Of a DNA stretch of 64,000 nt, positions 1 through 10,274 are shown one piece after another. Source of the DNA: an uncultured Candidatus Rokubacteria bacterium (lineage in GTDB: Bacteria; Methylomirabilota; Methylomirabilia; Rokubacteriales; CSP1-6). Location: the NCBI GenBank assembly GCA_963789955.1, contig CAWBMV010000037.1, positions 1 to 64,000 on the forward strand. Direction: 5' to 3'. The notes below the pieces were generated by a model, which saw only the letters and a list, made by a program, of their open reading frames with translations, was not told the DNA's origin and made no database searches. Positions within the stretch are counted from its first letter, which is position 1, and every line of letters begins with the position of its first letter. A program made the translations under genes and the position numbers.

Positions 1-85
1 GGAGAGCGGATCAGCCTCTTGCGACACCTGAACTTAGCTTCATGATTCGTTCGCCCGCCTCAGCTAGACTCCCCGCCGTCCGCCC

Positions 86-376
86 ATGCGACCACACGAC
101 CCGATCTTAAACTGGATGAGCGTCGCTGAAGTCGTCGCTCGGCATCTGGCGGCCGGTCCCCTTCCTGGCGTGTTGCCCATGCAGCTCCAGCCCGGGGACC
201 GCTTCAGGGATGCAGCGGGAGAATGGGAAGTCATCGGCCACCCGTTCACGACGGCAGCGGGAACGAGTGCCCATGTCCGGGTTCGGAGCGTCAACCCGCT
301 CGGACTGACCGACTTGCGATCGTGGGCGGCGCACGAGCACATCACGGTGAAGCGAACCGCCACCGAGCGCGCGTGA
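86..376 (+). CDS. Small hypothetical protein, scaffold family G (VLPMxLQxGD...GEWEV...KRAT); start uncertain
   Basis: C-terminal ~78 aa align by eye with ORFs at 22169, 29767 and 37463. Confidence 0.7.
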   Translation: MRPHDPILNWMSVAEVVARHLAAGPLPGVLPMQLQPGDRFRDAAGEWEVIGHPFTTAAGTSAHVRVRSVNPLGLTDLRSWAAHEHITVKRTATERA

Positions 377-434
377 TGCGCTGGACGGGCCTGGACTACC
401 TCACCGTCCCATAGTGGCGGATGGCATCCCGTGC

Positions 435-1259
435 TCAGCCCTGCATGAACGCGGCGAGGTCGGGGGACGGAATCGAGCGGTCGATGTAGCCGAACGTCCC
501 CTTGTCCTTCACCTCGCGCGCGGCTTCGACGAGGTTCGTCATCGCGTAGCGGTAGAGTGACGTGGCCAGGCTGATGCGGCGTACGCCGGCCGCCTCGAGC
601 TCGGCGACCGTGAAGGACTTGCCCTTGATGCCCGCCATGAAATTGACGGGCTTCGAGACGGCCGCGCATACGGCGCGCACGGCGGCGAGGTCGGGCAGGC
701 CCGGCGCCATCAGCACGTCGGCGCCCGCCTTCTCGAACGCCTGCAGGCGCTTGATCACGTCGTCGAGGTTCGGGTTGCCGCGCAGGAAGCTTTCGGTGCG
801 GGCGGTCAGCGTGAACGGGAACGGCAGCGCCCGCGCCGCCTGGACGGCGGCCGCCACGCGCTCGGTGGCCTGACCGATGTCGTAGAACGGGCGGTCCTTC
901 TCGCCGGTAGCGTCCTCGACCGAACCGCCCACGAGTCCCACGCCGGCCGCGAGCCGGATCGTCTCCGCCACGACGGCGGGCGCGTCGCCGAAGCACTTCT
1001 CGAGGTCGGCGGACACCGGCAGGTCGGTGGCTTCGACGATCATGCGCGCGTTGGCCAGCGACTCGTCACGCGTCACCTTGCCGTCGCGCTTACCGAGTAC
1101 GCCCGCCTTGGCGCCGCTGGAGGTCGCCAGCGCCTGAAACCCGAGCGCGGCGAGCACGCGCGCGGAGCCCGCGTCCCACGGGTTGGCGATCACGAACGCC
1201 CGCGGCCCTTCGTGGAGCGCGCGGAAGCGCGCGGCCTTGTCGCTCTGGCTCGTCCTCAT
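435..1259 (-). CDS. Isocitrate lyase/PEP mutase family protein
   Basis: NPWDAGSAR, ALATSS, PVSADLE, SVED and LTARTE motifs. Confidence 0.9.
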   Translation of the reverse strand: MRTSQSDKAARFRALHEGPRAFVIANPWDAGSARVLAALGFQALATSSGAKAGVLGKRDGKVTRDESLANARMIVEATDLPVSADLEKCFGDAPAVVAETIRLAAGVGLVGGSVEDATGEKDRPFYDIGQATERVAAAVQAARALPFPFTLTARTESFLRGNPNLDDVIKRLQAFEKAGADVLMAPGLPDLAAVRAVCAAVSKPVNFMAGIKGKSFTVAELEAAGVRRISLATSLYRYAMTNLVEAAREVKDKGTFGYIDRSIPSPDLAAFMQG

Positions 1260-1316
1260 CTCTGGCCTCCTCGCCGTGCGATGATTCGCGCCAGGCAGTG
1301 TACAGGAGGAATCGCG

Positions 1317-2081
1317 ATGCCGGGAGTACGTGAGCGAGTCGCCGTCGTCACCGGAGCCGCCAACGGTCTGGGACGCGAGATCGCGCTGCTGCTCGCGCGC
1401 GAGGGCGCTCGCGTCGCGCTGGGCGACCTCGACGTCGCGGGCCTTGACAAGACCGCGGCCGCGATCACCGAGGCCGGCGGCGCCGCCGTCACCGTCGCGG
1501 GAGATCTCACCGAGGAGGCGTCGGCCAACCGCCTGATCGCCACGTGCGTCGAGCGCTTCGGGCGCATCGACATCCTCGTGAACGACGTGGGCGGCAGCCG
1601 CAACGCCAAGATCTGGGAGATGAAGGTGGAGGACTGGGACTTCGTGCTACGCCTGAATCTCCGCCCGACGTTCCTGTGCACGCGCGCGGCGGTGCCGCAC
1701 ATGATGCGCCGGCGCAGCGGCCGCATCATCTGCATGTCCTCCGGCGCGCGCGAGGGCACGCCGTGGACCGCATACTACGCCGGCGGCTCGGCGTACTCCG
1801 CGGCCAAGGCCGGCGTGCATGGCTTCGTGCGCGACGTCGCGCTCGAGCTCGCCGAGTACGAGATCACCGTCAACGCGGTGGCGCCCGGCCCCATCGACAC
1901 CGAGCGCTTCGGTCCCGGGCTCAAGAAGCTGAACGAGACGGTCGAGTACAGCCCCAACCACATGACGCCGCTGAAGCGGCTCGGCCAGCCGCTGGAGGTC
2001 GCTCACGCCGTTCTCTTCCTGGCTTCCGATGAAGCTAGCTACGTCACCGGTCACACCCTGGCGGTGACGGGCGGGCGGTGA
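1317..2081 (+). CDS. SDR family oxidoreductase
   Basis: TGAANGLG Rossmann motif, YSAAK catalytic motif, VNAVAPG; GGAGGG-type RBS before ATG 1317. Confidence 0.92.
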   Translation: MPGVRERVAVVTGAANGLGREIALLLAREGARVALGDLDVAGLDKTAAAITEAGGAAVTVAGDLTEEASANRLIATCVERFGRIDILVNDVGGSRNAKIWEMKVEDWDFVLRLNLRPTFLCTRAAVPHMMRRRSGRIICMSSGAREGTPWTAYYAGGSAYSAAKAGVHGFVRDVALELAEYEITVNAVAPGPIDTERFGPGLKKLNETVEYSPNHMTPLKRLGQPLEVAHAVLFLASDEASYVTGHTLAVTGGR

Positions 2082-2108
2082 GCTCGGCGTGCACCCCGTG
2101 CAAGTCCG

Positions 2109-2849
2109 TCAGCGCGCTGACGCGGCGAGGTCTTGTAGCAGACGGCCGAAGCCCTTGAGGGCCGGCCGGAGACCGAGGGCGCGGAAGGACGCCCAGATAC
2201 TGGCCTGGTTCGATGTGACCACGGGCTTGCCGGTGCGTCGTTCCAACTCGGCGACGGCCTCGACGGAGCGCCACGCCGTGCACGAGCAAAGCAGCGCGTC
2301 GGCATCAGGCCGGCACACGCGCGAGGCGAAGGCCACGACCTCTTCGGGGTCGTGGTCGTTGATGCCTTGGTTACCGGAGGCGGCGGCCTTGGGCTCGCCC
2401 TCGACGTTCAGCACCTCGAAGCCCGAGGCCTCGAGGTAGGCGCGCAGTCGTTGGTTGTTCCAATCGGGGTATGGTGTGGCGACCGACACGCGGCGCGCAC
2501 CGAAGTGACGGAGCGCGTCCACCACAGCCGGGGCGGCGGCCACGGCGGGCACACCCGCCGCCTTCGAGATCGTCTGAAGCATATCGCGGTCGTAGCCGGG
2601 TCCGCGGTAGAAGCTGCCGGTCGTGCAGCCGTACGCCACCACATTGACGTTCGCGGTGGCCAGATACTTAGCGCCGGATTCGATCTCGGCGTTCATCCGG
2701 TCCATGCCGGCGGCGCCCTCGTCGCCGTTGGTCAGCCACAGGCGTTGGCCGTGGATGGTTACGTCACGGGGCGCGACGAGCTGGAAGTCCGCCTCGAACG
2801 TCGTGTTCGTTGAGGGCACCATCACACCGATCCGCTTGCGTAGCGCCAT
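2109..2849 (-). CDS. Asp/Glu racemase superfamily, maleate cis-trans isomerase / arylmalonate decarboxylase-like
   Basis: IGVMVPSTNTTFE, YGCTTGS, ATPY, SCT and PVVTSNQA motifs. Confidence 0.88.
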   Translation of the reverse strand: MALRKRIGVMVPSTNTTFEADFQLVAPRDVTIHGQRLWLTNGDEGAAGMDRMNAEIESGAKYLATANVNVVAYGCTTGSFYRGPGYDRDMLQTISKAAGVPAVAAAPAVVDALRHFGARRVSVATPYPDWNNQRLRAYLEASGFEVLNVEGEPKAAASGNQGINDHDPEEVVAFASRVCRPDADALLCSCTAWRSVEAVAELERRTGKPVVTSNQASIWASFRALGLRPALKGFGRLLQDLAASAR

Positions 2850-2894
2850 CGCAAACTCCCTTCGACGAAACCGTCACATATCAACTCGAATCGG

Positions 2895-3302
2895 TCAAGT
2901 CGGCGAAGGCGGCGCGCTCATCGCCGAGACGTGCGCGCTGACGACCTTCCAGCCGAGGTCGGGGAAGCGCACCCACGTCTGGCTCTGACGGCCGATCACG
3001 TCCTGGCCACGCACCTTGAACTCGAGGTTCACGGTGGCCAGGTCGCGACCGAGCGTGAGGATTTCGAGACGGATCCGCTTCTCCTTGGTGCCCGGCCCCG
3101 GCGGGCGCGCCACGCGGTGCGCGTGGATCTGCGTGAAGCCATAGCCGTTCTCGTGGAATGCGTAACGGATGGTGTACGGGCTGTCCCAGAACGTCGCGTC
3201 CAGCACCTCGACGTTCTTGTCGATCAACGCCTGCTCGTAGCGCTCGAACAGCGCGCGCACCTCCGCCACGACCTCGGGGATGTTGACGGTCACCTCCATC
3301 AT
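2895..3302 (-). CDS. AtzH-like / HpxZ (DUF3225) protein
   Basis: VNIPEVVAEV..FERYEQAL, ENGYG, GRQSQTWVRF..GWKVVSAHVS; start overlaps the amidase stop. Confidence 0.88.
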   Translation of the reverse strand: MMEVTVNIPEVVAEVRALFERYEQALIDKNVEVLDATFWDSPYTIRYAFHENGYGFTQIHAHRVARPPGPGTKEKRIRLEILTLGRDLATVNLEFKVRGQDVIGRQSQTWVRFPDLGWKVVSAHVSAMSAPPSPT

Positions 3303-4465
3303 CGGGCGGCCTCCAGCGCCCTCGCCACCGCGACCAGCGCGGCGTCGCTGCCGTGGCCACCGACGATCGACAACCCGACCGGCAGGCCGTTCACCTTGGC
3401 GCCCGGCACGCTCACCTGCGGTACGCCAGTGAGCCCGCCGTGCGCGGCGAGCCCCAGGATGCGCCCGCGCACGGGCTCCAGCGCCGGCAGCGGCTGGCCC
3501 TTGAGCGGCGCCGGGAACGGCGTCGTCGGCATGCAGAGGATCGTCCCCGGCGGCAAGAGCCACGTCATCCGGGCGCGCGCCTCGCTGCGCACCAGCGCGG
3601 CCCATTCACGCTCACTCTCGGGAATCGCGGCGGCGCGCGCCAGGTTGCGCGCCACGCTGTACTGCAGCCGCGGGTTGTCGCGCTCGAGCCACGGCTTGAA
3701 GGTGTGCCACGCCTCCCACGGCTGCAAGGTCCGCTGCGCCCGCGCCCACGCCGTGAGACCAGACGGCGCGAGCAGGTCGTCGCGGATGTCCTTCATCAGG
3801 GCGGCGAGTGCCTGCACCAGCGGCTGCAGGGCCGCCGCGGTCCCGGTGTCGGCGAAGCCGAACGCGTCGACGGCGACGACGAGGCGCGTGGGAAGCGTCG
3901 CCGGTATCGGCTCGCCCAGCATCACTTCCGAGACACGCGCGAAGGTCGTCGCGTCGCGCGCGAACCAGCCGGTGGTGTCGGAGCTCGGCGCCTGCGACAG
4001 CATTCCTGTGAGATCGAGCCGGCCGTGGGTGGGGCGGATACCGTAGAGCCCGCAGAAGCTCGCCGGCACGCGCACCGAGCCGCCGGTGTCGGTGCCGAGC
4101 GCGGTGTCACAAAGGCCTTGCGCGACGGCCGAGGCCGAGCCGGAGGACGAGCCGCCGGGGACGCGGTCGGGCGCCGTCGGGTTGAGCGGCGTGCCATCGA
4201 ACGGGTTCTCGCCGAGGATGCCGAGCGACACCTCGTCGGTGATCGTCTTGCCAATCAGCGTGGCGCCGGCGTCCAGCAGCCGCTGCACGGCCCAGGCATG
4301 GCGCGTGGGCACCGGATTCTGCCGGGCCCAGTCCGGATTACCGCCGCCCGTCGGGTGGCCCGCAACGTCGAAGAGGTCCTTGGCGGCGAACGTCAGGCCG
4401 GCCAGCGGACCGTCCGGCGCCCCGGGAATGCGCACGCTCGGACCGGCGACGAAGGGGCTGGGCAC
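3299..4465 (-). CDS. Amidase (amidase signature family)
   Basis: KDLFDVAG, GGSSSGSA, GTDTGGSVRVPASFCG. Confidence 0.93.
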   Translation of the reverse strand: MPSPFVAGPSVRIPGAPDGPLAGLTFAAKDLFDVAGHPTGGGNPDWARQNPVPTRHAWAVQRLLDAGATLIGKTITDEVSLGILGENPFDGTPLNPTAPDRVPGGSSSGSASAVAQGLCDTALGTDTGGSVRVPASFCGLYGIRPTHGRLDLTGMLSQAPSSDTTGWFARDATTFARVSEVMLGEPIPATLPTRLVVAVDAFGFADTGTAAALQPLVQALAALMKDIRDDLLAPSGLTAWARAQRTLQPWEAWHTFKPWLERDNPRLQYSVARNLARAAAIPESEREWAALVRSEARARMTWLLPPGTILCMPTTPFPAPLKGQPLPALEPVRGRILGLAAHGGLTGVPQVSVPGAKVNGLPVGLSIVGGHGSDAALVAVARALEAAR

Positions 4466-4730
4466 GGCGGGATTCTACGCGATCGAGCCCGACGCGTGAG
4501 TGAGAGCCGCGGCATCGTGTTGGCCTACTGACGGGTAGAAATTGCAGGGTGTCGTCATCGTGACGCCGGCTACGGCGATCATTGCAGGTGTAACTCCCCG
4601 AAATGCAGCGGAACACAGATCTGGGCACAGACTTCGCATTCTGTTCCCGCCGTGTGGGGGCTCACGCCCGCCAGTTAGCCGGGTATAGCTTGGCATTCAG
4701 CGTTCGGCCGCTCAATCAGGAGGTAGACCC

Positions 4731-5087
4731 ATGATGGCGGTGATCGTTGGCTTGGTGATCATATCGGTGCTTATCTTGGCGGTTCTGGTGAAGATGTGGG
4801 ACCTCAAGCGCAAGCGCGAGGGCGAAGCCGTCATCGTACAGTCACAGATCAGCGATGCGCTCTTGCGCGAACCCGCCCTGTTCAGCCTAGCGGTCACTCC
4901 GACAGCCCATGTGCCGCTGTGGAAGGGCTCGCCCGTCACAGTCGAGATCGCCGGCCAAGTGCCCTCCGAAGACCTGCGCGACGCGGCGTTGCGTGCCATC
5001 GAGCGCGAAGCTTCCCGTCTGCGATCCGACGTTCGTATCGAGTCGCGGATCGGCGTCGTGCCGACCATGGCCCGAAGGTCCGCCTGA
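4731..5087 (+). CDS. Hypothetical protein with N-terminal membrane anchor
   Basis: AGGAGG RBS and hydrophobic N-terminus. Confidence 0.7.
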   Translation: MMAVIVGLVIISVLILAVLVKMWDLKRKREGEAVIVQSQISDALLREPALFSLAVTPTAHVPLWKGSPVTVEIAGQVPSEDLRDAALRAIEREASRLRSDVRIESRIGVVPTMARRSA

Positions 5088-5392
5088 AGCCGCGGCGCAA
5101 TCGCACCTCGTTCAACTTGTCAGGCCCGAGCCCGGCGCGCTCGGCTAGGTGTGGGTCGCAGCAGGACTGATAGCAGTGCGGGCTCTTGATGACCCGCTCG
5201 AATCATTCCAGCGTTGCATTCCACGACAGACCCAATTGCGTCACCCCGCGGTCGGCTAGCCAAACGTCCAATCTGGGTCGACCGATTGTCCGATAGCGCG
5301 CCCATGTCCTTCTCAATACCGTTATCGACAGCAGCGCAGTCAGGGCGCGCCTGCCGATCCGGAGGATGTGCGCCAGAGCTTAGGAGGCTCAC

Positions 5393-6223
5393 ATGAGCAC
5401 GGTTACGACGAACGATGGCGTGACGATTTTCTACAAGGACTGGGGACCCAAGAACGCGCAACCCATCGTCTTCCATCATGGCTGGCCATTGAGCGCCGAT
5501 GACTGGGACACGCAGATGCTCTACTTCCTCGGGAAGGGGTATCGAGTCGTTGCTCATGACCGGCGCGGCCATGGCCGGTCAACTCAGGTGAGCGACGGCC
5601 ACGACATGGACCACTACGCTGCGGACACGGCGGCGGTCGTCGCGCATCTGGATCTGCACGACGCCATCCACATAGGCCATTCGACGGGCGGCGGCCAGGC
5701 AACGCATTATGTCGCGCTCCACGGCAAGGGCCGTGTCGCCAAATTGGTACTCATCGGCGCCGTGCCGCCAATCATGCTGAAGACGGCGGCCAATCCTGGC
5801 GGCTTGCCTATGGAAGTATTCGACGGCCTCCGGCAACAGCTCGCCGCCAATCGAGCGCAGTTCTATCGGGAACTCGCGAGCGGTCCCTTCTACAGCTACA
5901 ACCGGCCGGGCGCGAAGGTGCTGCAGAGCGTGATCGACAACTGGTGGCGTCAGGCGATGATGGGCGGCGCGAACGCACATTACGACGGCATCAAAGCCTT
6001 CTCGGAAACGGACTTTACCGAGGACTTGAAGAAGATCGACGTGCCGACCCTGGTAATGCACGGCGACGACGACCAGATCGTCCCGATCGCTGATTCCGCG
6101 CTGCTCTCCTCGAAACTGCTGAGGAAGGGTACTCTCAGGGTCCACCAGGGGTTCCCACACGGCATGTGTACGACACACGCCGACGTGGTCAATCCCGAGC
6201 TTCTCGCTTTCATAAAGAGCTGA
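5393..6223 (+). CDS. cpo: Non-heme chloroperoxidase-like alpha/beta hydrolase
   Basis: [24 protein letters not shown] nucleophile elbow, [12 protein letters not shown]. Confidence 0.92.
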   Translation: MSTVTTNDGVTIFYKDWGPKNAQPIVFHHGWPLSADDWDTQMLYFLGKGYRVVAHDRRGHGRSTQVSDGHDMDHYAADTAAVVAHLDLHDAIHIGHSTGGGQATHYVALHGKGRVAKLVLIGAVPPIMLKTAANPGGLPMEVFDGLRQQLAANRAQFYRELASGPFYSYNRPGAKVLQSVIDNWWRQAMMGGANAHYDGIKAFSETDFTEDLKKIDVPTLVMHGDDDQIVPIADSALLSSKLLRKGTLRVHQGFPHGMCTTHADVVNPELLAFIKS

Positions 6224-6304
6224 CCTGCAAGGCAGTGAGAATGGTGGGCACGGCGTTCAGCTCGGGCGCGGTCCCCCCGGCACAGGTATCATCCGGGGGG
6301 CCCC

Positions 6305-7675
6305 ATGGCGCGATCCCTGCTGGCGACCGACGCGTACAAGTTCAGCATGGCGGAGGCCGGGTGGCCCCTCCGCACCGAGACCTTCTACTACTCGCACCGC
6401 AAGGGCGGTCCCCAGGTGCTGCCCGTCGACGTCCCCGCGTTCCTGCGCTCGCTGCTGCCCAGGCCGGCCGACGACGACTACCGCTATCTCGCCGAGCACT
6501 CCTACGAGATGGGGCCCGGCTTCAAGGCGGCCATCGTCCAGACGGACGCCCTCGAGATCCGCGCCCTGCCCCGCGGCGCGGTCTTCTACGACCGCGAGCC
6601 GGTCTTCACGGTCACCGGTCCGTCCGCTCTCGTTTCCTGGCTGGAGCCGCAGGTCCTCATGCTTCACTACCGGATCCAGGTCGCCTCGCGCGCCGGCGAG
6701 GTCCGCGTCGTGACCTGCGAGCGCCAGCGCGAGATCGTCCGCGAGACGCTCGACGCGGTCGGCCTTCCCTCGCCCGCAATCGAGGTCGATTCCGACGGCT
6801 ACTACCGCCGGGTCCTCGCCGCAGCGAAGGCCCTCGTCGAGGCCGTCAAGGACCCGGACCGGATCTTCGAAGTCGGCATGCGCTCGGCCTCCTGCCTCGA
6901 GCAGCACGAGATCGCGCTCCGCGCCTGCCGCGAGGCCGGCATCTTAAGGACCAGCAACGTCCTGCTCGCCCGCACGCTAGGAATGATTCCCGTCGGCACC
7001 ATGGGCCACGAGCACGTCCAGCGCTACGGCGCGGACGAGCCCGCGTTCCGCGCGATGCGCGAGCGCCGCCCCGGCCGCTCGAGCTACCTGCTCGACACCT
7101 ACGACACGATCCGCAGCGGGATCCCCGCCGCGTTCAAGCTGATCCGGGAGGATCCCGGCCGCGGCGACTCCATCCGCTACGACTCGGGCGACAAGGAAAA
7201 GCAGTACCGCACCGCCGTCGAGCTCGCGAAGAACCAGGGCATCCGCCCCGTCATGATCCTCGAGGACGGCTGGGACCTCGGGCTCACGCAGCGCTTCGAG
7301 GCCCTGCGCGAGGAGGTCGGCTGGAAGCCCGAGGAGCAGTTCTACGGCTACGGCGGGCATCTCGTCGCCGCGACCGCGCCCGGGACGCTGACGCGGGACC
7401 GCGTCGCCGCCGTCTGGAAGCTGTCGCAGACCGGCGGCACGCCGACCATGAAGTTCGCCGACGACGCGAACCGCGGCAAGGAGAGCGTCCCCGGCCGCCC
7501 CGTGCTCTGGCGCCGCATGCAGAGCGGCGGTCCTACCGGCATCATCGGCCAGGAGGGCGAGGCCGCGCCCGCGGGCTACGAGGCCTGGGGCGCAGCACCA
7601 GCCGATCCGAAGTACGCCCTCGAGTTCAGCCCCGAAACCCAGGCGCTCCAGACCAAGCTCCGGAGGGCCCGATGA
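6305..7675 (+). CDS. Nicotinate phosphoribosyltransferase family protein
   Basis: LLATDAYKFSM, FEVGMRS, TSNV, PVGTMGHE, LLDTYD, IRYDSGD, WKLS. Confidence 0.85.
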   Translation: MARSLLATDAYKFSMAEAGWPLRTETFYYSHRKGGPQVLPVDVPAFLRSLLPRPADDDYRYLAEHSYEMGPGFKAAIVQTDALEIRALPRGAVFYDREPVFTVTGPSALVSWLEPQVLMLHYRIQVASRAGEVRVVTCERQREIVRETLDAVGLPSPAIEVDSDGYYRRVLAAAKALVEAVKDPDRIFEVGMRSASCLEQHEIALRACREAGILRTSNVLLARTLGMIPVGTMGHEHVQRYGADEPAFRAMRERRPGRSSYLLDTYDTIRSGIPAAFKLIREDPGRGDSIRYDSGDKEKQYRTAVELAKNQGIRPVMILEDGWDLGLTQRFEALREEVGWKPEEQFYGYGGHLVAATAPGTLTRDRVAAVWKLSQTGGTPTMKFADDANRGKESVPGRPVLWRRMQSGGPTGIIGQEGEAAPAGYEAWGAAPADPKYALEFSPETQALQTKLRRAR

Positions 7676-7728
7676 CCTGGTGACACTCGAACGACCGTCC
7701 AGTAGATTTTCGAGAGATGGAGGCCGCC

Positions 7729-8833
<1,105 letters not shown>

Positions 8834-8836
8834 TGC

Positions 8837-10153
8837 TCAGGAGGTGCGCCTCCTCGGCAGGGCCTTGAGCGAGTCCTCGGCAGCCTCGAGCGTACAGGCC
8901 ACGTCCGCCTCGGTGTGCACGAGGGACATGTACATCTTCTGCGTGTTCTTGACCACCCCGCGCTTGATGAGCTCCGTGGTGAAGGCGCGCGCGAGGGCCC
9001 CGTCGGCCTTCTGAAGCGACCGGTAGTCGGTCACCGGCTCCTCCGTGAAGAGCACATCGAAGACGACCGGTTCACCCACCACCTGTGCGGGCAGCCCCGA
9101 GCGCCGAACCAGCTCCGTGAGGCCGGCCATCAGCCGGCGACCCGTGCCGTGCAAAGTTTCGTAGGCGCCGGGCTTGCGTAGCTCGGCCAGGGTGGCAAGC
9201 CCCGCCGCCGCAGCGATGGGATTGCCATTGAGCGTGCCTGACTGCGAGATGAAGTCGCCCTTGCCGTCGTGCTGAGGGTCGAACGGTCGCATCAAATCCT
9301 CGGAGGCGCAGACGGCAGCGAGCGGGAAGCCTCCGCCGACGATCTTGCCCACGCACGCGATGTCGGGGACGACACCGTAGTACTGCTGCGCGCCCCCGTA
9401 GGCGAGGCGAAAGCCGGTGACGACCTCATCGAAGACGAGCAGGATGCCGTAGCGTCGAGTGACCTCGCGGAGCCCGGCGAGGAAGCCCGGCTGGGGCGGA
9501 ATGAGCCGCTGGAACGGTTCGATGATGACGGCCGCGAGCTCGTCGGCGTGCGTGGCGACGATCCCCTCGACGGTAGCAAGGTCGTTGTAGGGCGCGATGA
9601 GCACCTCGGCCTCGAGGGCGTGAGGAATGCCCGAGGAGTCTGGCACGGGAGCCGGGAAGGCCTTGGGTGAGCGCGGCGTCGCGCTCATCATCGAGTAGTC
9701 GTGAGCGCCGTGATAGCCGCCCTCGAATTTCAGGATCTTGTCGCGGCCCCGCGCAGTGCGGGCCACGCGTAGAGCGAAGAAGGTCGCCTCCGAGCCTGTC
9801 GAGGTGAAGCGCACCTGCTCGGCGCAGGGCACCGCGCGGCAGATCTCCTCGGCGAGCTCGATGATCGGCTCGTTGACCATGAAGTAGGTGCTACCGCCCT
9901 CGATCTGCGAGCGGACCGCGGCCACGACAGCCGGATGGGCGTGGCCCAGGACGAGTGGGCCGGAGGCCAGCACGTAATCGATGTACTCGCGCCCGCTCAC
10001 GTCGTAGATCTTCGAGCCCTGCCCGCGCTTGACGACGAACGCCGCCTCGTCGGCGTAGCGGGAGGTGCCCAGGACGCCGCCGGGCAGGCGCCGTCGCGCG
10101 CGCTCGAGCAGTGTGGTTTCTTCAGCGGATCGGGGTCGGTTCGTCTCAGCCAT
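8837..10153 (-). CDS. Class III PLP aminotransferase, glutamate-1-semialdehyde aminomutase-like
   Basis: LGHAHP, TGSEAT, FEGGYHG, FDEVVTGFR, GKIVGGGFP, SGTLNGNP. Confidence 0.92.
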   Translation of the reverse strand: MAETNRPRSAEETTLLERARRRLPGGVLGTSRYADEAAFVVKRGQGSKIYDVSGREYIDYVLASGPLVLGHAHPAVVAAVRSQIEGGSTYFMVNEPIIELAEEICRAVPCAEQVRFTSTGSEATFFALRVARTARGRDKILKFEGGYHGAHDYSMMSATPRSPKAFPAPVPDSSGIPHALEAEVLIAPYNDLATVEGIVATHADELAAVIIEPFQRLIPPQPGFLAGLREVTRRYGILLVFDEVVTGFRLAYGGAQQYYGVVPDIACVGKIVGGGFPLAAVCASEDLMRPFDPQHDGKGDFISQSGTLNGNPIAAAAGLATLAELRKPGAYETLHGTGRRLMAGLTELVRRSGLPAQVVGEPVVFDVLFTEEPVTDYRSLQKADGALARAFTTELIKRGVVKNTQKMYMSLVHTEADVACTLEAAEDSLKALPRRRTS

Positions 10154-10274
10154 GGGAGACCTCGCGTGGTTGAAGGAGCGATGAGCCAGCGTCGCCCAAT
10201 ATCCGCCTGGCTCACCGGACTGTCAACCCATGCTAGGGTGCCGCATCATCTGCTAGTGCCGGAAGGAGCGAGCA

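Noticed and set aside
4585..6255. Possible separate small island (taactccccgaaat at about 4590, aatggtggg at about 6240)
   Set aside because: Resemblance to att arm and tRNA-end motifs is too short, and no matching direct repeat pair was found.
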